From contig JBHGNT010000008.1 of NCBI GenBank assembly GCA_043228905.1, positions 10,354,001-10,418,000 of the forward strand: 64,000 nt of DNA, in the 5' to 3' direction. This DNA comes from Azolla caroliniana (taxonomy: Eukaryota > Plantae > Polypodiophyta). A program made the translations under genes and the position numbers. Positions 46,801 to 58,687 of the stretch are shown here, one piece after another; the first letter of the stretch is position 1, and every line of letters starts with the position of its first letter. Below the pieces are notes generated by a model. The model did not search any database and was not told the DNA's origin. It worked only from the letters and a program-made list of their open reading frames with translations.

Positions 46801-49336
46801 ATGAAATGTTGGCACTTGATGCCAACGACACATGGGACCTAGTTGACCCTCCCCGACACTATAAACCGATCAGATGTAAGTGGGTGTACAAGGTAAAGTA
46901 CAATGCCAATGGTTTCGTTAACCGGTACAAGGCCCGGTTAGTGGCGAAGGGATACACGCAGACCCATGGAATCGACTACAACGAGACCTTCGCTCCGGTA
47001 GCGAAGATGACGACGGTTCGTGTGGTGCTGGCGGTTGTAGCGGCAAGGGGGTGGCATCTTCACCAGATGGACGTGAAGAATGCATTTCTTCAAGGCGATC
47101 TTGAAGAAGAAGTCTTTATGACCCAACCCCCCGGTTTCCAGTTGAAGATGAACAAGTCGGCGGTATGCCGGCTGAAGAAGTCACTTTATGGCCTGAAGCA
47201 ATCCCCCCGAGCTTGGAATGCGAAGATCACGCACCGGTTGCATAAGATGGGGTTTGCGGCCTCCAAGTCCGACTCTTTGTTGTTCATCCGGCAAGGTTCA
47301 GACGGTCCGGTTTGCATCTTGCTGTATGTTGATGATCTAGTCATCACCGGATCCGGATTCGATGAAATCAGTCGAGTCAAGTCTCAGCTGTCGGACGCAT
47401 TTGAGGTGAAGGACTTGGGGGACCTTCACTATTTCCTTGGGATCGAGGTGATTTGAACCCCCGACGGAATAGTGCTCTCACAAAGACACTATGTGTTGAA
47501 TATGTTGTACAAGTTCGGCTTGACGGAATGCCAACCGATCTCCACACCCCTGGACCGGAACCAGAAGCTCCGTCCCGACTTCAGACCAACCTGCGATGAG
47601 AAGAGGTTTCGACAAATCGTCGGAAGCCTTATATATTTGACAATCACCCGACCCAACATCAGTTATCTGGTCGGCGTGATCAACCCATATATGCAGAAGC
47701 CGACCGTGGAGCACCTTCTATGCATGCATCGAATTTTGCGATATGTGAGCAGCACGAAGGATCGGGGATTGTTATACCGGCATGGTATAACCGAAGAGCT
47801 AGTCGGTACACCGATGCTGACTGGGCCAGTGATGCATCGGATCGCCGATCCACTTCCGGCTATATGTTTTCCCTTGGTAGCACGGTTGTTGCGTGGAGTA
47901 GCAAAAAGCAGCCAATAGTGGCCCTTTCGAGCATTGAGGTTGAATACCGGGGCGCTACCGTTGCCACCTGTGAAGCCATTTGGCTTTGGCAACTGCTGTA
48001 AGACCTACGGATCGAGGTGACGACCCTGATCCTGATCTACTGCGACAACATCAGCAGCATGCAACTCGCCAAGAACCCCGTATTCCATGCTCGCATAAAG
48101 CACATCGAAGTGCAGTACCACTTCGTGCGTGAGCGTGTCTTGAGCGGTGAAGTCGAACTTCGGTATGTTCATACGGATCGACAAGTTGCCGACATCTTCA
48201 CCAAACCGCTCGGATCAGAGAAGTTGCAACATTTCACCAAAATGCTTGGTGTTCAGCATCTCGACATGCCACACTTGAGGGGGAGAACGGGCAAAGACAC
48301 CGGAACGGGCAAAGGCAAAGAAACTACCGATTGCGATGGTGAGGGAAGAACCGACAAAGGGAGAAACAACAAGAAGAAAGGAGCCGAGTCGACAAAGGAA
48401 GTTGACACATCCGAACAAGTCGGAACAAGTGGCAGCGGTGGCAGAGTCAAGAAGGACAGAGCTGACCAGAAGAAGGAGCTCAAGACCCGGACATGGTCCG
48501 ATGTGGTGAAGGGCCTGGAACCGGAAGACGAATCGAGAGCGACCGATTCGGACAAGAGCTAGAACGAATCGGAGACAGCCGATTCAGTTCAACAGACGGA
48601 TTCGGAAGAACCGGATCAATTCAAGGCCAAGAGGACGAGAAGGCAGCGAAAGTTGATGCCAACACGAAGGAATCGGCGAATCGGCAAGCGCCAAAGTCAC
48701 AACAACGAGGGAGGTGAATTGGGCCTGTTGAATAGACAAGTAGACCGAGGAGGTCGAGGTGCGCAAAATCAAAAGGTTTGCGGCAAATGGGACCGGACCG
48801 GACGAGGAGCGTGAGCGAGGCGGTGTGACGCCAGAAGGAGTCGGGGGGAAGGACTGGCTGCCATGGAGACTGACACTACGATCGGACCTCAAGTTGGGCT
48901 TGAGGGGGAGTGTTGAGTGGCAAGCTCAACTCGATGCAGATCGGCTGAATAAGCCTGAGCCGGATCGGCATCCGGAAGGATGAGCCGGATCGGTGAGCCG
49001 GTGAGTTGGGGAGCCGGTTAGCTGGATCCAACAGTAACCGGAAGCCTAGTAGCAGCCTAGACTACTAGGTAGTTAATGTCTCATAATTAGTGTCAGACGC
49101 TCATGTGAGCATTGAAGTATACTATACTTCTGTCAGCCCTCTTAGGACTTGTATAAATAGTGCTGTTGAGCACGTTGTATGTACAGAGTATTTTACAAAG
49201 TTTTTTGATAATAGATTTATGTCGTTCTGCTCCCTCTATCTCTCCTGCGTACCTTCTGTGTGTTAATATCTCTCTCTCTCTCTGTTGCTATCTGGCTAAG
49301 CCGGTTGTCTAACGCTTCTGCACCTTCGTTTTTACA
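43502..49336 (+). mobile_element. Element I: full-length Ty1/Copia nested in the H LTR
   Basis: LTRs 43502-43908 and 48911-49336; TSD TGTTG; PBS 43909-43919; PPT GAGGGGGAG. Confidence 0.96.
44000..48562 (+). pseudogene. Element I gag-pol polyprotein, disrupted
   Basis: CWYCGKKGHRESEC, 'WYVDSGASNHM', 'LRSDGGKEY', 'QMDVKNAFLQG', 'LLYVDDL', 'YCDNISS..KHIEVQYHFVRE'. Confidence 0.95.
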
Positions 49337-49616
49337 TGTTGTAACCGCCGGTTGGCGAAGATACAGAGCTCGAGGTCGTTGCCTCTAAGGCTCTAATTAT
49401 ACCTTTCTTCTATAGTGATAGTTGGAGTCCGTGGGCTCCCGTGTTTTTTTTCCCTAGTTGGGTTTTCCACGTAAACATAGTGTGTATTTTCTTTGTGTTC
49501 TCTCCATTTCCGTTTCTGTGGTTGATTCTCATTGAAGTGATTCAAGACTTGGTTGTGGCTGGGCAACATTCCGCACTTTTCTCTTCAATCTGGTATCAGA
49601 GCGAACAACATAGAAA

Positions 49617-52600
49617 ATGGAAGAATCGTTCGACGGCATGTTCAAGCTCACCGGTTCCAACTACTCAGTGTGGAAGTCGAAGATGAGGGATATGCTGGTG
49701 GTCAAAGATCTTTGCTTGCTGGTTCAGTTCGGGGACAAGAGACATGAGGTGATGCACATGAAGACGATGGCATACATCCGGTGCTTCATCGACATGAGCC
49801 TGTACAACAACTTCAATGAAGAGAGCAAGGCTCATGAACTTTGGGAGAAGATCGGCATCGTGTTCCAGAACAAGAATGTTGTTAATTGGGTTTCGGTATT
49901 CAGGAAGCTAGTGAGGCTCCGGTACCAAGAGGGCTCTAGTATGGCGGAGCACATGAATGCCTTCTAGGGGCTGATACGCCAAGTGACCTCATTGGAAGTA
50001 CCTCTCACTGATGAGGTACTCGCATTGCTCCTGCTCGGTTCCCTCCCGGATAGTTGGGAGACGCTAGTTGTCACGTTGGGCAACGCTGGGTCGGAAGGAA
50101 AACAGTTGTCCCTAGCAAGGGTAAAATCAAGCTTGCTAGATGAAGATGCTCACTGGAAGGACCGGTGTCGTAGTGTATTTTGTACACTACGTGAATAACG
50201 TATATAATATTAGATTCAATAAAAAATGAAGAAATAGAAGAAAATAGCAAAATAAATGGAACATGCATAGGGCAAGATTCGAACCTTGCACCTCCATGTT
50301 AATAATGTAATGTCTTACCATTACACTAGCATTTCATTAGTGTTAAAGCATAGATGTCCCACATAGAAAGGTAAATTCACGCTAGGATAAACATTAGAAA
50401 AACGCATAACAAAAGAAAAAGCTACACATACACATCTAGCGTGCATGATAAAAAACGCACAAGTTAGAAAAAAGCATGATCACTTTAGATAAAGCATATA
50501 GTCTATCTATAGGAAAAGCATGGGGTCTATAGTTAGAGAAAAAGCATGGATTACTAAGACTTCCTCATCACTACATAAGGATGGGGAACACAATGTAATT
50601 GTGTGTGAAAAATATTTGGAAACTAGATATGTTTCTAAAAAACACCAATTAATAAACTATACTCGTGGGATTCACGAGAATTCTATATCATTCTCTTTCA
50701 ACCGAAGTTTATATTCTTATATTCATATTGATTAATCTAATACAATACACTCGTGGGATTCACGAGTTTGCTATAACTCTTTCTTACAACATATTTATAT
50801 TCTTATTAGCCTTAAAACTCTCTTCTTCCTAGTCCAAAACCCCAGTGGTTCCCACCCGACTCACGCAAACGATCCGGAGCCGAAAGGCACGACACCGGTA
50901 GTCCGGAACCAATCCGAAGGCTTTGGTCACGGAAGATGACCACAATCGGGGAAGAGCCCGGTATCGGAGTCCCCAAAACCGGGACAAATCAGGGACGAGG
51001 TTGAAGTCAAGGGGGAGGCCTACTTGCTTCTATTGTGGGAAGCCGGGGCACTTCCAGAAGAACTGCTGGCATTTCCGGAAAGAGAAAGAAACTGACACTA
51101 CCGATTCTAAGGAGAGTTCAGACCGAAACGGTTCGGACCGGAGAGGCCCAGATCGGAAAGGAACGTCGGCAATCGTGCAAGTGAAGAGGAATTGATGCTC
51201 ATCACTGAGGAGAATGAGTTAAACCTTGTTGGCGACGAGACAACGTGGGTTGTCGATTCCGGAGCGTCGTTCCACCTGACACCGGATTGGAGATGCTTCT
51301 CATCCTACACAACCGGTGATCATGGTTGTGTCTGGATGGGGAATGAAGGGACATGCCGAATTATCGGCATAGGAGATGTGCTATTGATGACATCAACCGG
51401 ATGCAAGTTGTTGCTAAAGGATGTCCGACACGTTCCGGAGGTTCGACTAAACCTGATATCAGCCGGTTGGCTAGATGATGAAGGCTACACGGGTAACATC
51501 CGGAATGCAGTCATGAAGTTTTGCAAAGGGAGCCGAATAGTGGCTTGAGCCCGGAAGGTCAACACCTTGTACCTGATGAATGCCCGGATATGTCGGGAAG
51601 ACGTGAACGTAGCATCCGATAATGCCGGTGAGCTATGGCACAAGAGACTATGACACATGAGCTAGAAGGGGATGAGAAGACTTGCCGAAGACAACCTCAT
51701 TCCAGAGGTGAAATACGTGCATCTTGAGAAGTGCACCGATTGTTTGGCCGGCAAGCAAAACCGAACCTCCTTCCGGTCAAGACCACCGATGAGATGGAAT
51801 GCACCACTAGAGCTGGTGCATACCGATGTGTGTCAAGTGGACATGAAATCACATGCCGGATCGCAGTACTTCGTGATGTTCATAGACAACCACAACTAGA
51901 AGCTATGGGTCTCACTGTTGAAGATGAAGGATCAAGTGTTATCCGTCTTCAAGGAGCTCCACACGATGGTGGAAAGAGAAACCGGCCGGAAGCTAATGGC
52001 GGTTAGAGCAGATAATGAAGGAGAACATCGAGGGCAGTTCGAGGAGTACTACCGGTCGAAGGGAATCTGGCTCAAATTTAACGTGCTGAATATGCCAGAA
52101 CTAAACGGGCTAGCCGAATGGATGAACTAGACCGTGATGGAGAGAGTTTGGAGCATGCTCGCACATGCCAAGTTACCCAAGACGTTTTGGGCTGAGGCGC
52201 TGACGATGGCGACCTATGTGATAAACAGATCACCCTCAATACCCTTGGAAGGAGACTCACCGCAAAAATTATGAACCGGTAAAGATGTATCTTACTGGCA
52301 TCTGAAGGTGTTAGGGTGTCTCGCTTATGTGCAAGAGAGCAAAGATGGATCCGAAGTCTCGACCATGCATATTCTTTGGATACGGCGATGATGAGTTCGG
52401 TTATCGGGTGTGGGATCTGGTTGACAAGAAGATGTTCCAGAGTTGAGACATAGTCTTCATGGAAGACAAGACAATTGCCGACTGGGAGTCGGAGACGAAG
52501 GTGATGAAATCCGGATCATCCAATGAAAACCGGCTTGAGGACACAAGGATATACCCGGTTGGAAACCGGATGGCAGCCGGTAACCGGATGACACTCGAAG

Positions 52601-54380
52601 AACCGGCTAGATACGGACAAGAAACCGAAATGATTGAAGAAGAAGAAGAAGAAGACATTGGAACCAGATAAGATCTTGAATCGGATTTTGATGAGGAATA
52701 AAAGGAGGAACCGCGAGTTAGAAACCAAAGACAGAGATATCCTCTCCGAGAGAGAAGAGCCCCCCGGAGATTTCCGGATGCAGAGCACGTGTTGCTAACC
52801 GATGAGGGGGAGCCAGAAAGCTTCGAAGAAGCAAAGAGAGACACCCACAACCGCAAGTGGTTGAGTGCCATGCAGGATGAGATGGATTCCCTACATGAGA
52901 ACCACACATATGAACTGACGGAGTTGACAAAAGGGAAGAGAGCACTCCGGAACAAGTGGGTGTACAAGCAAAAATCCGGAGATGCCGGAAATCCACCAAG
53001 GTATAAGGCCCAAATCGTGGTGAAGGGCTTCCAACAGAAGAAAGGAGTGGGCTTCGATGAGATCTTTGCCCCGGTAGTAAAGATGGCATTCATCCGGACG
53101 GTATTGGGCATAGTGGCAAGCATGGACCTCGAGGTAGAGCAACTGGACGTGAAGACAACATTCCTCCATGGCGACCTCGAAGAGGAGATCTACATGCATC
53201 AACCGGAAGGATTTGAGAAGAAAGGGAAGGAGAACCTAGTGTGCCGGCTGAAGAAGAGCTTATATGGACTGAAGCAAGCTCTCCGACAATGGTACCAAAA
53301 GTTCGACTCCTTCATGACCGACCAAGGGTACCACAAGACGCAGGCCGATCACTGCGTGTTTGTGAAGAAATTTGGCAGAGGAGATTTCCTGATACTCCTA
53401 TATGTGGATGATATGCTGATCGTCGGACGAGACTAAGTTAAGATACGGATGTTGAAGAAGGCTCTGAACCGAACATTCTCAATGAAAGACTTGGTGCCGG
53501 CAAGACAGATATTGGGAATGCACATCATCCGGGACCAGTCAAAGAAGCTGTCGTGGTTGTCACAGGAAAAGTACGTGACAAAGGTACTCCAAAGTTTCAA
53601 CATGTCAGAGGCGAAACTGGTCAGATCGACACTTCCGGAAAACTGCAAGCTATCCGGGAAACAAAGTCTGAGGACAAAGGCGGAGAAGACGGATATGATG
53701 AAGATACCAGATGCCTCTGCCATCGGGAGCTTGATATACATGATGGTATGTAGCCGACCGGATATTGGATATGCAGTCGGAGTGGTAAGCCGGTTAATGA
53801 GCAATCCCAGAAGAGAGCACTGGAACGTGGTCAAGTGGATACTCCGGTATCTTAAAGGCACCTCGAGTATGTGCCTCCGGTTTGGCTCCAGTAATCCCCA
53901 ACTTGATGGATTCACGGATTCAGACATGTCAGCTGATGCGGATACCGGCCGGTCTACATCCGGATATGTCATGACTTATGCAAGGGGACCTGTTTCGTGG
54001 CAGTCGAGGCTGCAGAAGACAGTTGCGTTGTCAACCACAGAGGCGGAGTACATGGCAGCTGTAGAAGCCGACAAAGAGATAATCTGGATGAAGGACTTCA
54101 TCGGAGAGCTAGGGATCCAACAAGAGGACTACCGTGCTCTACTGTGACAATCAAAGTGCCATTCACCTTGCAAAGAACGCGGCCTACCATTCCTGGATGA
54201 AACATATCTAACGAAGGTACCAATGGATCCGAGAGAGAATAGAAGATCAAGAGTTCGTGCTGACGAAGATCCACACAAAGGAGAATGGGTCGGATATGCT
54301 GACCAAGGTGTTGACAACCGACAAGCTGGATGTGTGCCGAAAGTGGATCGGGCTGATGAGACATCCCATGCCGGAGTGAA
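49617..54380 (+). pseudogene. Element H gag-pol polyprotein, disrupted
   Basis: 'CFYCGKPGHFQKNC', 'WVVDSGASFH', 'LVHTDVC', 'QLDVKTTFLHG', 'LYVDDML', 'ALSTTEAEY'. Confidence 0.94.
50166..50894 (+). mobile_element. Solo LTR (Gypsy, A/E-like termini) inserted in H gag
   Basis: TGTCGT...ACGACA termini; 4-bp TSD CCGG; H gag reading resumes afterwards. Confidence 0.85.
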
Positions 54381-54759
54381 GGGGGAGATTGTTGGGAAAT
54401 CGGTTCCTACGGATGGGATCAGGTGATGAATGATGAGACCCGGTGAGAACCACATGAGAGTTGGTGAGAACCGGAAGAGAAGACATACTTGTAGATATGT
54501 TTTGAGTAAGCCTATTGAGGCTATATTTGTAAATAGCCCTAAGTTCATATAAGTATAAATATGACCTAGGGCAATCGCTATAGAAGATTGAGAGTGTTGT
54601 TGTGTATATTGTTGTAACTGTTGTACAGAGAGCGATAGAGATAGAGAGGGAGAGAGTGTGAGATACAAAGGGATACTCTGTTGTAACCGCCGGTTGGCGA
54701 AGATACAGAGCTCGAGGTTGGTGCCTCCGAGGCTCTTATTGTACCTTTCTCCTATAGTG

Positions 54760-55243
54760 CTATGGTGTTTTCGAAAACTAGCTTGTCCATAAGCTCTCTT
54801 ACCTTTTTTTTCAGCCCATGCACTTATCTTTGATTCCATCATACATCCAAATAGTTTTGCCATTAGCGAGCCAACCATGATGGTTTGATAGTTGTTTATT
54901 TTATTTCTATCTATCTCCACATTTATGTAAAGGTTTGATCCAATTTGTATTCCAATCAAATGACATACCATGTTGCAATGCATTATTAAACATATCGCTT
55001 ATCCAACATGTGCTTCCTTTCCCGTCCATTTGAGCATTTCAACCTTTATACATTGAAGATCGCTTTGCCTTTTTAGAGGCCAATTTTTTAAGTCCTAATG
55101 ATATATGTTCGATTGTAATGAAGGGAGACATATTTGAAAGAGAACCATAACACATCATCTTTCCGGCAAGAGATAGCTCATATAGATTCTTACAATGCAG
55201 AGACAAGTCAAGAAGAGTTAGGTCATCAGAACTCTCAACACGT
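54760..55243 (-). mobile_element. LINE ORF2, N-terminal part of the RT domain
   Basis: 'NNYQTIMVGSLMAKLFGCMMESKISAWAEKKGKRAYGQASFRKHHSTI' corresponds to non-LTR RT motifs 1-2. Confidence 0.82.
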
Positions 55244-55909
55244 TGTCGTGAAGAAAACCGTCCCCTGGCGTAATCGGTGAATAGGACACAGGAACCGGCC
55301 CTTCATGTGTGCGTGCTCTTAATGTATATAATAGAGAATTAGGTACAGAGAGAGATCCGGGGTAGTTAGATTCGGTAGGTAGGAAGTAAATGAGGGAGAC
55401 GGCTCCCCTCTTGACGCTATAAAGGAGAGGGAGACGCAGGGAGAGAGAGATAGCGCATTGAGGAGGACGAAGTGTTGTCGGACCGGAACCGAACGCTTCT
55501 CCTATGTCTGTTCTCTGTTGCCCTTCTCTGCAGGTTTCGGGAGGCTCGCGCTGCTTCGAGGAATGCCCGTGTGCTTCTGGCAACACCTCCATCCTATTCC
55601 CATTTCGTGCGTAGACGAACAGGCATCGGCATCTGTCCGCCGGCCTGTTCGGTTGTAGCCGCTCGCGTGTTTTGCTGTGTACTCGTTATTCGTTAATATA
55701 AAAACACTTGTTTCTTCCTGTCTCTGTGTCCATTCGCGTCTTCTGTGTTGACGGGCCACGCCCCTGTGTTTCTTTGCTCATACGTGACCGGGCGTCTCTC
55801 TCCTTCTCTTTCCCCTTCTATCACCTGCTCTTCGGTTCAAGACCCTGGTGGTCTCGCCTTGTTTCTCCACGCACGTGCGTAATAACGCGACATCTTTGGT
55901 GAACCCGAC

Positions 55910-58687
55910 GTGAAACAGGCGGCAGAGGAGCAGAAGATGAGGGGGTCGGATCTTGCTGAGGCCATGGCTTCGGCCGTGGACCGGATAGTGAGCGCGCGCG
56001 AGGGCACTGGCGCCCTTGACAGGGCTATTGAGGCGATCGTTGGTACGATCGGCCGGTTCAGTGGAAAGGATGCCACAAGTTATTTGGCGTCCTACCGGGC
56101 GGAGATGTTGATGAGGGATATCCCGGAAGAGAGGCGTCTTGCCGGATTCCCTCGAGTGGCGATGCTGGGCATCCATGCGGAGGTGCTCGAGATCCGGGCG
56201 GAGAGCCGGACCTGGGAAGAGTTCGAAGGACGGCTCCTGGAGAAATACGGGCTTGATGACGCGCTTCGACTTACGAAGCGAAGCTTCATGGAATGGGTGG
56301 AGTCCCCCAACAAAGGAAGAAATGCGTCGGTACTCCTCCGGGAGTTTGAGGAACGCTTTGCGCGCCTTTTGGCGCTCGATCGGACTATTCTGGACACAAG
56401 TCGTGTCCTATTGTTTGTGAAATCGGTTGACACACGGGATCGGGGGCAAGTTGGCTCCTTACTGGAAACCGAAGACGGGTTGACGACCGACTGGGTCGCG
56501 GTAAAGAGAGTCTGCGGCCGTTTTGACAAACGGTGGGAGTGGGCTGATACAGAGGCGACCGGGGCGGGACCTGTCGCAGCAAGGAAGCTCGAACCGATAC
56601 CACAGGCACGAAGGGAAGAGACCCGGGAATGGCTCGAAACCGGTTCGTCTTTGACCGGCGTGATCAGAGGCTCGTCCGGGGGAACAACTCTGGAGGAGTT
56701 GACACGAGCGGTAAAGGATCTCCAAATCGCCTAGGCTCGGAGGGAAGGCGGCGATCAGGCTCGTGACCGACGGCCTCCGGCAGGAAGTAGGTGCATGTGG
56801 TGCGACGAGGTCGGCCACATCTGGAAAGACTGCGGGGACTTTATGGAGGCTTTGAGAAGCCGGGTAGTGTACCTGTGGGAGGGTCGGGTGCACGCCAGCG
56901 ATATCCGGAGGGCCCTGAACCAAAACGACGGAAGAGAAGGAATGAAAAGGCTGATGGAAGAGGCGGCAGCCCGACACGCGGAGACCGTCCACTACTCAGC
57001 GTCAGCCGATATTCGGGTCGGGGGTAGCGGGGCCCGGAAGGAGAGCAAAGCCGAGTTCTGGTTGACGGTGCTGGAAGGCCTCGCTGGTGCCCGACTGAAG
57101 AGGGACGAGGCGGACCGCGCGGAGAAGCGGGTCCAGGAGGTAACCGGGTGGAGTGACCCGGTCGAAGAAAAGACGGGTTTCGTTGAAGCAGCTTGCCAGA
57201 ACTACGAGGCTTTGGTTGAAGACAAACGGGTGGGTAGAAATGGAGGGACCGGACCCTCAAAGAGATACGAAACCCGATTCGGGCCGAAACGGAACGAGGT
57301 CAGTGTTGGGATTTTCGGTCCCTCCGGATGGGATGTCCGGAGATGAATGACGGCAATCCCGGTTACGGTTACGGTTACGATTCCGGAGCCGGACGATGAA
57401 GACCCCGGCTACGGAGTCGGATGATGAAGACCCCGGCTACGGAGCCGGATGACGAATGTACCCGGAGAGAGATCCGGATGCGGGGACATATTTGTGAATA
57501 TGTTTGCCAAGGGCCCTTGAGGCTATATTTGTAAATAGCCCGAAAGTCATATGTGTATAAATATGACTTAGGGCAAACAGTTTTATGTTGTTGCTCATTT
57601 TTATGTTTTCAGCCGAGAGAGCAAAGTGAGAGCAGCCGAGAGAGAGGGAGAGAAAGGAAGAGGTCGACATCTCTGTGTATCACCGCCGCCTGTGGCGAAG
57701 ACAGTGAGCTCAAGGTCGTTGCCTTGTAGCTTCACCATTGTACACCTCTGTTTATAGTGATAGTTGGAGTTTGAGGACTCCCGTGGTTTTTTCCCATTTA
57801 GGGTTTTCCACGTAAAACATCCTGTGTACTCCTCTCTCTATTGTCCTCGTGCACTTTGTATTTCCCGTTTTCTGTGAGTTGATCCTATTCCTCGGTTTGT
57901 GACCGAGCGCTGTTTTGCAACAGTCAGTGAGTCCAGTGCTCGGGATAACCACAAGAAGGGCGGATACCGGTTGGGCACGGAGATCGAAAGGACCACGGAC
58001 CTACGAAAGGTCCTGGAAGAACGAATCCTCGACAGCAAGGTGTAACTGTCGTTGCGGGAGGTGCTCGGGATAGCCAATAAGGAGTTCCACGACTCCATCG
58101 TGGACTTGGTGAAGAGGAAGAGGTTGTCGACGGAGGTAGAACCGGAAAGGCCGGTGGAAGTGCGGACGACACACATAGAGGACATGGCGCTGGAAGACGA
58201 GTGGGCGGAGAGCCACTATTCGAGGCCACACTGGGCCCGAGCGACCACGGAAACCCCGGTGAAAATCGGAGATGTTCAGGAATCGGTGGTGGCACTGGTG
58301 GACCACGGTTCGGAAATAAACCTTATGTCCATGGATTTCTACAAAAAGGGGAAATGACCAATCAACACTAAGCACGGGTGGAAGATACGGGCGGCAACGC
58401 GCGCCACCGAGGAACTACACGGGGCGTGCCCAAACGTACGAGTCAAGATCGGCGACGTCGAAATAGACCAGCACTTCTTTGTGTAGGAAACGTCCTCGCA
58501 CCCGGTCATTCTAGGGGAACCGTACATTACGGCGGCGCGAATGGAGACCAAGGTGTTGGACAACGGGTCGGCTTACGCGAGGGTCAAGAGCCAAGACGAG
58601 CGTCATTCAGTCCAGTTCTTGACGGTACGACCCAACCACGAGCGAAACCGCGAGTCCCTCGGTGGCGAGAACTGAGAGGATTTTTAG
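55910..58687 (+). pseudogene. Element E gag-protease ORF (interrupted by a solo LTR)
   Basis: 'CMWCDEVGHIWKDC', 'ALVDHGSEINLMS'; ends GAG GAT TTT TAG. Confidence 0.88.
57304..57922 (+). mobile_element. Solo Copia LTR (H/G-related)
   Basis: TGTTGGGA...CAACA; TSD GTCAG; shares TTGAGGCTATATTTGTAAATAGCCC with the H and G LTRs. Confidence 0.92.

Larger units (their letters stand above)
43235..54759 (+). mobile_element. Element H: Ty1/Copia; 5' LTR interrupted by I, gag interrupted by a solo LTR, 3' LTR truncated
   Basis: 5' LTR 43235-43501 plus 49342-49587; PBS TGGTATCAGAGC at 49591-49602; gag-PR-INT-RT-RH order; PPT AAGGGGGAGA; 3' LTR 54390-54759. Confidence 0.93.
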
